A stretch of 64,000 nt of DNA from Antechinus flavipes (Eukaryota). The notes beneath the pieces are model-generated. The model had not been told where the DNA came from, ran no database searches, and saw only the letters and a program-made list of their open reading frames with translations. The stretch lies in NCBI RefSeq assembly GCF_016432865.1, contig NC_067398.1, positions 726,454,001-726,518,000 on the forward strand. The letters are read 5' to 3'. Positions 1 to 20,190 of the stretch are shown in pieces (the stretch's first letter is position 1; every line of letters begins with the position of its first letter). A program made the translations under genes and the position numbers.

Positions 1-112
1 CCAGAGGCTCCTGAGTAACTGGGGGCCAGCGGGACAGAGCTGGGAGCTCCGAGATCTTGCTGCTGGGCTTGGGGCTGGTCGGAGGATTGCCTGTCTGCCC
101 CCCTACCCTGCT

Positions 113-410
113 GTGACCATCTGCCCCACTGCTCTGCCCCGTCTGCCCAACCCTTGCTCTGTCCCTCCCCCTGCTGTGGCCTTGTCTGCTCCTCCCCCCT
201 CCCCGGCTCTGTCCACCCCCACCCCCACCGCTGTGGCCTTGTCTGCTCCCCCCTGCTATGGCCCTGTCTGCTCCCCCCCTCCCTGCTCTGTCCCTCCCCC
301 TGCTGTGGCCTTGTCTGCTCCCCCCCTCCCTGGCTCTGTCTACCCCCACCCCCACTGCTGTGGCCCTATCTGCCCCCCTACCCCCTCAGTCTGGCCCTTT
401 TTCTAACTCG
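113..410. repeat. C-rich degenerate minisatellite (ccccctgctgtggccttgtctgctc-like units)
   Basis: Recurring tgtggcc(t)tgtctgctcccc units. Confidence 0.7.
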
Positions 411-2607
411 TCTGTCCCTCTCTCCACCTGTCCTGGTCTCTCCCCTGCCCCCCACAGACCCTTGCTGGGATTCCCTGTCCGGGAACCATTTCCTGTCTCG
501 CGTCCCCAGGCCAGAAGCACTTCTTGGGCGCCAGCTGTGTGCCAGACCCTGCGGGGCACCTGGCGTGCAGGCTTCGGAAGAAGTGGAAATCTTGGGGGGG
601 GGGCGTAAAGAACTCAGGGTCCAGGGGCCTCCAACAGCAACAGGCTCCCAGTGCCGTGTCCCCGTGAGAGGGAGCGGCCCTTCCATCCTGCCCCTGCTTA
701 CGCTGCCTTGGGTCTCCCCCGTGGGACCGGATGGCCCCCCCTCCCTGCCAGTGCCTCCTTCACACTGGCCCAGGCCTTGGCCACGGGATGCAGCAGCCTG
801 TGGGCCCCTTCCCCAGGGGAAGGAAGGCAGGGGAGTCCCGCGTGGCCCGCATCCGTCCTTGACCTCTGGTCCCTGGGTCTCCCCTCCGCTTGGGTGACTT
901 GGAAGGTGACCTCTGAGAACTCCTGCCTCCAGGTCCCGGCAGAATCCCAGGCCTCGGCCTCAGAGGCTGCCCAGGCTTTAGGGCCCACACCACGTGTCCT
1001 GGGCCAGTTGCTTCCCCAAGGCTGAGCCTGGGTGATCGTCCCTGCTCCGGCTCCCAGCAGAGAGGGAGGCCGAGTGGCCCGGAGTGGGGTCCTCGTCCAA
1101 TGTATGCTTGGTCTCTGCCATGTTGGCCCCGAGAGAGGAGGAGAGCCCTGGGGGAGGGGCCTCCATGGCATGGGATCTGAGCTCCCCGAAGCCGAGGTGC
1201 CTTCTGCCCCCAGATCCCAGCTCCTTGGTGTCCCCTTGGCCGGGTCCCCTCCTGTCCTGCCCTGAGGTCTTCCCCTGGAGCTCCCCCAAGAGCTGGGGGC
1301 CTTCTCGGGAATCTGTTGGCCCGGTCTGGGCTGCGCCCCGCCTTCTTGCTGCCCTCCAGCGGCACAGACACGCTGCGGAGGCCGGGCCCACGAGCTGGAT
1401 CCGGGCTTGCTTCGGTTTGTCTGAAGCATCTTGGGGAGGCCTGTGCGCTCTTCCCGTCATGGGCGTGGGGAGCGCGGCTCCTCACTGAACTGCCCTCCAC
1501 ACAAGGAGCTCGGCCAATGCGGGCGCCCCGTTCTGTTCTGGCAGCTCCCCCTTCCCCTCCCTCCCCCCCCTCCCCCCCCCTGCTGAGAAGGACCAGGATC
1601 CGATCTCCAGCCCCGGGGACCCTGCTCTCACCTCGTGGGGTTGTGCCAGGGTTCTCCCAGGGTTCTTCAGGCTTTGCTTCCGTGCCCACAAATCCTCCTG
1701 GGCTTCTCCGGCCTTCTCATCTCTTCCTGCCACGCCCCCCCCCCCCCCCCCCCCCCCCCCCGTCCCCCATCCCTTCAGTCCCTCCCCAGCCCCAGGCCCA
1801 CGGATCATTTTGCCATGAGCTCGTCAGCCGGGCAGTGGCGCCGGGAGGAAGCCAACTCCGTTGTCTCCTGGCGCTGCGCTAACTCCCTTCGCGGGCAGCG
1901 GAGCTGGTGTTAACTCCCCCCACTCCCCTCCAAGCAGAGCCGGCTCTAACTCCCCCCGTCTTCCTACCCCCCCCCCCCCCCGCAAGCGGAGCCGGCGCTA
2001 ACTCCCCCCTCCCCCCCCAAGCAGAGCCGGCGCTAACTGCACCCCCCCCCAGCGGAGTCTGTGCGCTAACTTTTCCCACCCTGGTGCTGCGCCAGGTTCT
2101 TGAAACCCGCGGCGGCTTTGAGGCCACTGTCACCGCACCCAGATCCCCAGGCCGACACGGGCTGGGAGCCCCGCGGCCCCCTCCCAGGCTCCTCAAGTGC
2201 TCCGCCACCCTCGCAGCCTCCCAGCAGCCACGGTGCCGGGAGCTCTTGGGTCACTGGGCGGGTTAAGTGGAGTCTGCCCTGGGCTGGTCTCGCTCATTCC
2301 ACGCCTGTGGGCGCAGAGAGAGCCCCACCGCCATCTTGAATCCTGGGGCTCGAGCCAGCCTTTGTCCCGCGGCCCTCTGGACTGGAGCCCGGTACTCCTT
2401 GCATGGCCTTGGAGCCCCTCAAGTGTCTGGCTGGGCCACCCCCCTCCCCCCCAGGCCATCCGCCCTCCAGGGCGATCTGTTTTTCTTGTCCCACTGCCGC
2501 TGCCAGTCTCGCGGGGTCTTTGGCCCGGTTTTCACTACATTGTCACCGGGGGCGGGGGTGGGCCCGCGGCCGGCCCGGGCTCTGAGGGGGTCCTATGGGC
2601 TGCGCAG

Positions 2608-12431
<9,824 letters not shown>

Positions 12432-12541
12432 CTGAGCCGCACCCCGGCACCCTGGGACTCAAGACAATGGGGACTCCTGCAGGGGATGAGGGCAGGGCGG
12501 CTCATCCGGTTCTGTGTCTGCAACGTGCTGCTGGTTCAGGC

Positions 12542-12547
12542 AATAAA
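12542..12547 (+). terminator. GGT1 polyadenylation signal AATAAA
   Basis: First AATAAA ~110 nt after the stop codon. Confidence 0.75.
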
Positions 12548-12629
12548 TGAGCTGGACCCATCTGCGCCTTCAGGACGCATCGGGAGGGAGGAAAGCCTGG
12601 CCTTCGTCCCCTCTGGGCCTTAACCAAAA

Positions 12630-12885
12630 GTGCCCAGGGACCCTCCTGGCACCGTGTCTGAGGGTCATTGTGGGCACCGTGGGTGCCATGTGTGAGGGCC
12701 ATCATGGGCACTGGGACCCAGGCCTGGCACTGTGTCTGAAGGTCATTGGGGGCCCTGTGGGTGCCACGTATGAGGGCCATCGTGGGCACTGGGACCCTCC
12801 TGGCACCATGTCTGAGGGTCATTGTGGGCACTGTGCCACATGTGAGGGCCATCATGGGCACTGGGATCCGGGCCCGGCACTGTCT
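12630..12885. repeat. ~60-70 bp degenerate tandem repeat downstream of GGT1
   Basis: tgtctgagggtcattgtgggcac...gagggccatcatgggcactggga recurs 3-4 times. Confidence 0.75.
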
Positions 12886-14080
12886 GGAGCTCATTGCCGC
12901 CTCCAAGCATCCTGGGGCCTTTAGAAGCCCCCTGGGCATCCTCACTGGGGCTCTCCCCAAATTTCCCGGGGGAACCCAGTCTGTTCCTGAACAGAAATGC
13001 CCTCCGTGTTTTGCTCTGGGAAAGGGGGTTCCTGCCCAGAGGACAGGGGAGCCCCCTGCGACACTTGGCCCCCCAAAGCGAAGGATCCTCTGCCCCTCGC
13101 GCTGCCAGCCTCCCTTGGGCATCAGTCTCCCCTGGCTGACAGAAGGGAGCCCTGCTGAAGACTACGCCCCGAGCCCGGCTTCTGGCTCCTAGAGACTGAG
13201 CGGCGCCAGGGATGCCCACAGGGGCCGGGTGACCTCAGGTCCTGCTGGGCACTGGCTCGCCCCCTTCCCAGCCATCCTGAGCTCCGGCAGCAGGGGGGCG
13301 GACAGGGGGGCTCAGGGCATGGGCCGGGTCCTTTTCCCAGACAGACAGCAGCAGGTGCCAGCCAGGGAGAAGGCCGGCCTTCCCTCCCTCCCTCCTTTCC
13401 TCCTTTAAATAGGCAGGACTGGGAGATAGGGATGAGGGGGTGCTGCTGACCCCAGGGGAGGTCAGGTGATTTTGCAGAGAGGTCATGGAGGGGGATGGTC
13501 CGAAAGGGGTGGCCCCTCTGCCCCCCAAGCGGCACCTTCTTGCCGGGAGGGGGGGGCCTCCTAGTGGGGGGGCGGCCTGGGCAGGGACTGGAAGGTTCTA
13601 ATGGGTTGACTTTTCTCTGCCCATCTTGCCATGTGTGAAAAAGGGCACAGGACTCCTGGCCGGCAGGGCCCAGACTGAGCCCGGGAGCGGGTGGGACTGC
13701 GGTCCAGCCCCCGCTCACGCCTGAGTGCCCGCCCTGCCCGGGGTCCAGCCGAGAAGACCCGAGGAGCTCAGCCCCGTACCTGGAGCCCAGATGCCTCCCC
13801 AGGCTGCCCTGCCCTGCCGGGGAACCCCAAAGGGGGCAGACATGGCTGGGGGGACCCGAAGGGCCCGTCGGGGAAGCTGGGCCAGCCATTGCCAGCTCCC
13901 CAAGCCCCCAAGCAGCAGCTCGTGCTTTCCAAGGACAGCGGGCTGACTGGGGTGGGCAGCAGACGCCCCCGGACTGAGTGGGTGCCCTTCCCCTCCCCTG
14001 GTCTCCAGGGTGGGCTCTGAAAGGGCAGGTCGGCCTGGAGGGTGAGAGCGGCGCAGGAACAGAGACTAGGAGAGAGCCGT

Positions 14081-14086
14081 TTTATT
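14081..14086 (-). terminator. CHCHD10 polyadenylation signal AATAAA
   Basis: tttatt on + strand ~70 nt beyond the stop. Confidence 0.75.
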
Positions 14087-14155
14087 GTTGGGGGGCTTGT
14101 TCTCTGGTGCCCTCGGCCCCCACCCCTCGGCTGGTCTTGCGTGGGGGGGTCAGCT

Positions 14156-14175
14156 TCACAGCAGAGTGGTCAGAC
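14156..14175 (-). CDS. CHCHD10: CHCHD10 exon 4 coding part (GLTTLL*)
   Basis: ctgcag| acceptor, TGA at 14158-14156. Confidence 0.85.
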
Positions 14176-16245
14176 CTGCAGGGAGAGGGGTCCTGGGTCA
14201 GGGTGGGGGGCGGGGAAGCTTTGGGGCCATTCTGATCTCACCCCCTTCATCTCTCTGCTGAGGGTCTGCCATCCCGGACTTTCCTGCCCCTGTCCCCGCC
14301 CCCATCCCTGCCCCCGCCCTTGTCTCCGCCCCCATCCCTTCCATGCCCCGCCCTTGTCCACGCCCCCATCCCTGCCCCCCCCCGTCCTTGTCCCCGCCCC
14401 CATCCCTGCCCCGCCCCCTCCATCCCCGCCCCCGTCCTTGTCCCCCGCCTCCCATCCCCCCTCACCGTGGCTGCGCTGACACTGCTTCAGGGCCTCACTG
14501 AAGCCCTCACACAGGGTCAGGTCATTGTGGGTGGTTGAGCAGTCCAGGAACTGCTTGATCTCGTAGTAGCAGGGCCTTGAAGGGGCTGACAGGGCGGGTT
14601 GGGGCGCCTGGGGGGAGACAGCAGACAGAGGCTCAGGCCGAAGGGAACTCTGAGGGCCCCTGCCCCCACAGCAGCTGCCAGGAGAGGAGCCCCCCAGCCT
14701 CTGCTCAGAGACACAGGGGCACTGGGCTCGCCCCTCCCCCAGGCTTTGCCCAGGCTATCCCCCTCCTCCCTCCTTACCCAAAGTCGCCTGACTTCCCCCA
14801 TCCCCCTTCCGTATCCCAGCGGCAGGTGGTTGGCCCCTTCCCCCTCAGCTGTGGGGGGCCCTCAGCCCAGTGGGCACTTCGGCAGTTCCTGGTGACTCCA
14901 GAGAAGGCCCCGCCCCACCCCGTCCTCGGGCCATCCCCCACTCCCTCCCCTCTTGCCCCCAGCTTCCCAGAGACATGACGTCTCCCGGAGCCTTCTCTTC
15001 TGGCCAGCTATGGGATTCCTCCCGCCCTCCCTCCCCCCGGGGGCCCTGGAGCCCCCTTTCTGGAGCGGGTTCCCATTCCCTTCTTTGCAGAAGAGAAAAC
15101 TGAGGCAAATCGAGTCCGCGCGCGGGGCGCCACCTAGCGGCGCTCTGGAGGAGCTCGGCCGGCTCCCGCGGGCTTCCTGCGCTTTGCGGGGTGCGCCCTC
15201 GGGCTCCGAGAAGCTGGGCTACAGTCTCGGCCCTCCCGCTCCCTGCCCAGCCGGGCCACTGCTCCGGGCCTCCTAGCGGCTCTTCTCTGGCCTCCCTCGG
15301 TTTTTCTATTTGAAAAAGGGGAGGCTGCTCCGGGTGGAGGCATGGAGGCCTGAGGAGGATGAGGAGCAAGGCGGAACGGGGGTGGGGTGGGGGTATGTCT
15401 CGCCAAGGCTCAGTTTTCTCAGTTGCAAAGTGGACCTAGCACTAGCCGACTTCCCAGGGTTTGGGGGAGGCTCAGGGGAGATGGAGGCCGGGGCCCCTGG
15501 ACACCGCTTCAGACGCGGCTGCAGAAACTGGGGGCGCCCCCCCTTTCCCGTGGTTTGCTCCCCCACCCCGGGGACTCCAGCCGAGAAGGATGCCCGGGGG
15601 ACCTGAAGCCCGCTGGGCCCGGGAGGAGCCGGGTGACCTTGAGCCCGTGCCCCGCCCCCTCTGCAGCGGCCCAAGTCCCCACCCCCGCGGGATGAAGCGG
15701 GTGAGGGGTTGTCTTCCTCCCGCCCCGCCCCCGCCCCAACCCCGCCTCCTTTCAGCCCTGGGCCGGCGCCAGGGCCCCTTCACACTCACCTGCTCGGGAC
15801 GCGGGGCCGACTCCGGCCGGGGGCTGCTGCCTCCCCCGAGGGCCCCCGTCAGGGCGCTGCCCACCACGTGGCCCACGGCCGAGCCGACGGCCACCCCCGC
15901 CGCCGTGGACGCCATCTGGGAGAAGAGGCCCGGCTGCCCGCTGGTCGGGGCAGGAGCGGGGGCCGGGGGCGCAGCTGGGGCCGCGGGGGGAGCCACACGG
16001 CTGCAGAGGGAGGGAAGCTCGTAAGGAGGACCCCTGGCCCTTCTTCCCCTCCCCCCCGTCCCAGCAGCGGCTGCCTCCTGCCCCGATGACCTTGGCCGTG
16101 ACCTGACCGGCCTGCCGCGCTATCCCATCCCGAGCCCTCCCCTACCCCCCCGCAGCCCCCAGACCTCCTCTCCATCTACTCCAGCCCCTGGGGCTCACCT
16201 GGCCGACGGGGCGGGCGCGGCGCTGCTGCGGCTTCCGCGGGGCAT
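14156..16245 (-). CDS. CHCHD10: Coiled-coil-helix-coiled-coil-helix domain protein 10, mitochondrial (139 aa); complement(join(16199-16245,15790-16000,14466-14607,14156-14175))
   Basis: MPRGSR N-terminus, hydrophobic helix [25 protein letters not shown], twin CX9C motifs ([22 protein letters not shown]), short last exon GLTTLL*; four GT-AG exons in frame (420 nt); position next to MMP11 as in human supports CHCHD10 over CHCHD2. Confidence 0.95.
14466..14607 (-). CDS. CHCHD10: CHCHD10 exon 3 (CHCH domain)
   Basis: cccag| acceptor, G|gtgagg donor, twin CX9C. Confidence 0.95.
15790..16000 (-). CDS. CHCHD10: CHCHD10 exon 2
   Basis: ctgcag| acceptor, CAG|gtgagt donor, 211 nt. Confidence 0.95.
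16199..16245 (-). CDS. CHCHD10: CHCHD10 exon 1 ([15 protein letters not shown])
   Basis: ATG at 16245-16243, AG|gtgagc donor. Confidence 0.9.
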
Positions 16246-16649
16246 GGCGGGGTCCAAGGAACCTGGACCGAACTAGAGTTGACTGCGGCCTAGACTGGGG
16301 TTGCCGGAGGGGGTGGGTGGGGCATGCATCGGGGGCGGGGCCCGGAAGGGTAACTCCGCCCCCTCGTCCTTTCACCTAGCGGCAAAGTCAGCTCTCAGGT
16401 GGGAGGCATGGGGGGACTGCTTGGGCTGGGGCCTCCCGGTGCGCCCGCGACCCCGGTGGGTCCCATCGGCGCTGGTGGCTCCCTCCTGCGGGTGCTTAAC
16501 GAGCTGGGCCCACTCCCTTGGGCTCTGGGCTTCCTTCCTTCGGGCTGCTCCTCGGGAGGGCTATCTCCTCCCAGCCCCGAGGGCCTTTGGAAGAGGAGTC
16601 TCCTTATTCTTGGGGATTTAAGCCAACCGGAAAACGGCAGTCTCTCCGA

Positions 16650-17330
16650 ACTACCCACTCATCCAATGCCGTCTAAGTAAATCCCTAAAACTTTATTTTA
16701 CCGAGTTAGAAAAAACAAAACCAAAATTCATTTGGAAGAACAAAAGGGCCGGATTTTAAAGAAACAACGTGAAGGAAGGAAATCCGGCCCGGCCGGACCT
16801 CGGAGGTAAGGCGCGGAGGGCTGAAAGGCAAAACGAGCAACTTCATTTTAAACGAAAATGTTTCTTGGGTAAGTAAAGCAAAAGCAGCGAGGGGGAAAGA
16901 AACGCAGAAAAGTGGGGTACGAAACCTTTCCTAGACCATCAACATAGGCTGGGATTGCATGGGATAGTGCCCTGCTTCCAAAATGACGGGCAGTTGATTG
17001 AAAAACAACACATGAAAAGACTTGGATCTTGAAGAAAGATGCTATCGCCCTTCGGAAGAAAACACGCACAATACGGTCTTATGGACGCGCGCGTACAGGA
17101 CTGTTTGTAGGTATCTATGTGTGTGTCTGTTTCTATGTCGGAGGTCAGTTGTAGTCTTCTTGGTGGGGAGGGAGGAAAAAAACTAAAAGGAAACAGCAGA
17201 GAACTAAAGAAAGCCCACAAGGAAGCACTGCAAAGCTGGGCAACTTTGAAAAAAATGTCTAGTATTTATTACAAAGATTTTCTTGAAATGGAAATCTATT
17301 TTATATTGAAGCTCTCTTGTGGTCTTGGTA
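16650..17330 (+). mobile_element. Degraded L1 ORF2 fragments
   Basis: Resembles L1 ORF2 segments (ELEK...KFIWKNKR, GIAWDS..., LDLE...); A-rich sense strand. Confidence 0.65.
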
Positions 17331-17769
17331 TATATGGGAATTTTTTCTTTTTTAAATTTTAATTCTCAAAATGAATAAAAAATGTATACAACCCCTCCCC
17401 CAAGCCCAATGGATAGTTCTGTAAAACATTTCTGCATTTACTATGTTCTTTTTTCTTTTTCTTTATTAATTGTAATACTTTTTTTATAAGAATTTCTCAT
17501 GATCATTTCTCCTCCTCTCCTGGAAAGTGATCCGATGCAACAAATAACATTTTGGAAAAATAAAGAAGGAAAAGAGACAAAAATTCACAAAATGCATATT
17601 TTATAAGTATTCTTAATATGGATACATATTATACACATGTAGAGGATACATAATAATATATAATACGATACATACAAAAGTGTGAAAACATATGCAATGA
17701 ACCATACCTTTGGACCTCCCACAATCCATGTTCTTAAAAAAAGAAAAAAAGTAAAAAGCTTCAATCTGC

Positions 17770-18130
17770 CCGGTGAGTCTCTTAGCGCTTTCTCTGGAGA
17801 CGGACAGCGTGTTTCTAGGCGTCCTCCCGGACTCTCATATTGAGAGGTCGTTGCAGCTGATCACGAACAACGTTGCTGTCGCTGTGTCCACTGTTCTCCT
17901 GCCTCTGCTCACCAGCCAGCATCAGTTCATGAAAGTCCTCCCAGGTTTGCCCGAAGCCGTCCCTTCCTGTCCTTGCTTGCAGCGCGCCAATATTCCATCA
18001 CATCTGTCGGCACAGGAGGCGGGATTCCCTCCGTTTCCAATTCTTTGCCCCTTTTTATCAAGAGGGGGGGAGATTGTGAGGTCGAGTTGGGAAGGAAGAT
18101 GGGGACGATCCTGGAAGGACTCCATGCGGG
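17770..18130 (-). mobile_element. L1 ORF2 C-terminus / 3' UTR relic, GC-shifted
   Basis: Minus strand reads VMEYW... and WEDFHELML, resembling the marsupial L1 ORF2 end. Confidence 0.65.
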
Positions 18131-19587
18131 GCGGAGGGTTCGCATTCATTCACAGAATGGACCTAAGAGGCATTAGGAGGCAAAGCTGCCGGGTTGGTTG
18201 GTTGGTCCAGCTCTCGTTATAAAGCGCTTCGCGGGGGTATGTGTCAGCAGCATCACCGATGCCACATGCTCTGTCACCATCATCTGCCCCTGAAACTGGT
18301 TCCCCTTCTGGCGTCCCCGACCTGTGCCATTTCTGCCATCTGCCCCCAACTCCAAACTTAGGCTCAAAACTCATCCAAGGAGGCAGCGCCAATGGACAAG
18401 GACCAGCCCTGCGCCTCCAGGATCAACTATCTGCCCCTCACCGGATGGCCAGCCTGGCCCCAGTGGCCGGGCACTCTGAGGGAGATACGAGGGGCAGTGG
18501 GTGCTAGGCAAGTTGGACATCTGCCGTCTCCCCAGGACGCGGGGCCCCAGGGCCTTGGGCGGGGCCAGGCTTCCAGTCAGCCTCCTGGGAGTGTGGTGGA
18601 CCCCCATCCCCCAGGGCCTTGGGCGGGGCCAGGCTTCCAGTCAGCCTCCTGGGAGTGTTGTGCCCTGACAGACTGGCCCAAGAAGAATTCGCCGTGGAGA
18701 TGTATTGACGCCGGAACCCTGACACGCAAGCGCGGCCGCGAGGATCCCATGGCCCCTTAATGGGCGAAGCTTCTAGCTTACGAGGAGCAAGAAGGGGGAG
18801 CGTCCTTATGGCCACGGGCAGTAGTTGTGCACAAGCCCGAGCCCGGCCTTTAGCTCCTCATCTGGGGATGCCCTCAGACCCGAGGCTGCTGCCTGAGAGG
18901 TTTCAGGAAGGTAGCAAAGCAGGGGCTGACTGAAAAACAACCCTTGGGGCCCGAGAGAAGGGGGAGTTTTTTGTAATCTCCCTGGCATGGTGTCACGGGT
19001 GTGTCTACAGGGGCTTGAGCTGGAATACCGAGCTTGTGCCCAGGCTGGAGAGCGCTCAGGGTTTTTGCATCAGGTCTAGAAGTCCCTATTGCCCTTGAGG
19101 ACAGGGGTCGCCCCTGAAGAGGCGGCCCCCCAGGGAGGGGCAGGGCCTCCTGGAGAGGGGGGGCTTCTGCAGGGGCTGCAGCCACAGCTAATGAGGACTC
19201 AGGAGGGAAAGACAGGTCCCTCCTCCCCTCCCCCTCCCCGACCTTGGGCCTGTCCGATGCTTCAGCAACAGACGCAGATGGAATTGTTAGCAGTGGAAAT
19301 GACTCGGGCGGAGAAGCCTAACTCTCCCCGCTGCCCCGCGGGGTTCTTGGAGCTCCTGAAAATTAGGGACCGGCTGACAGTCCCGTTTTATGACTTCAGG
19401 GCTTAGCACTAAGCGAGGTGCTTGCAAGCCTTTGAGAAATGCTTCCTGCGTGGTTCTCACTGCTCTTTGCACCCTCCGGATTCCAGGCCCCTTGACTCTC
19501 CCCACCTGCACTTCTGGGCTTTCCTGGCTTCCTCCAGGAACCTGGTGCAAGACGGAGGCCTTCCCGGTCCCGCCCCACTGCTGGGCT

Positions 19588-20190
19588 TTCCCCCGCGAAA
19601 CCCCGCTTCCCTCTCCCCTGCGAAACTCTGCCTCTCTCTCCCTCGCGAAACTCCCCTCCCTCTTCCCCAAGAGACCCCGCCTCCTTCTTCCCTGCGAAAC
19701 CCCGCTTCTCTTTCCCCCCCGCGAGACCCCGCCTCCCTCTCCCCTGCGAGATCCCGCCTCCCTCTCCCCCGCGAGACCCCGCTTCCCTCTCCCCCGCGAA
19801 ACCCCGCCTCTCCCCCGCGAAACCCCGCTTCTCTCTCCCCCGCGAGACCCCGCCTCCCTCTCCCCCGCGAAACCCCGCCTCCCTCTCCCCCATGAAATCC
19901 CGCTTCTCTCTCCCCCGTGAAACCCCGCCTCCCTCTGCCCCGCGAAACCCCGTTTCCCTCTCCCCAGCGAAACCCCGCCTCTCCCCCGCGAAACCCCGCT
20001 TCTCTCTCCCCAGCGAAACCCCGCTTCTCTTTCCCCCGCGAGATCCCACCTCCCTCTCCCCCGCGAAACCCCGCCTCCCTCTCCCCCATGAAATCCCGCT
20101 TCTCTCTCCCCCGTGAAACCCCGCCTCCCTCTGCCCCGCGAAACCCCGCTTTTCTCTCCTCCGAGAAACCCCGTTTCCCTTTCCCGTGAG
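19588..20190. repeat. ~25 bp CpG-rich minisatellite (~24 copies) with a 196-bp higher-order duplication
   Basis: Unit cccccgcgaaaccccgcctccctct; nine exact CGCGAAA. Confidence 0.92.

Noticed and set aside
1-2607. Search for the GGT1 first coding (signal-anchor) exon
   Set aside because: No hydrophobic anchor followed by an AAVAAD...CS.IGR-type segment in any frame; it presumably lies upstream of the window.
18732-18772. NotI-BamHI-NcoI-HindIII cluster resembling a cloning polylinker
   Set aside because: No vector backbone or primer sites on either side; compatible with chance in GC-rich DNA.
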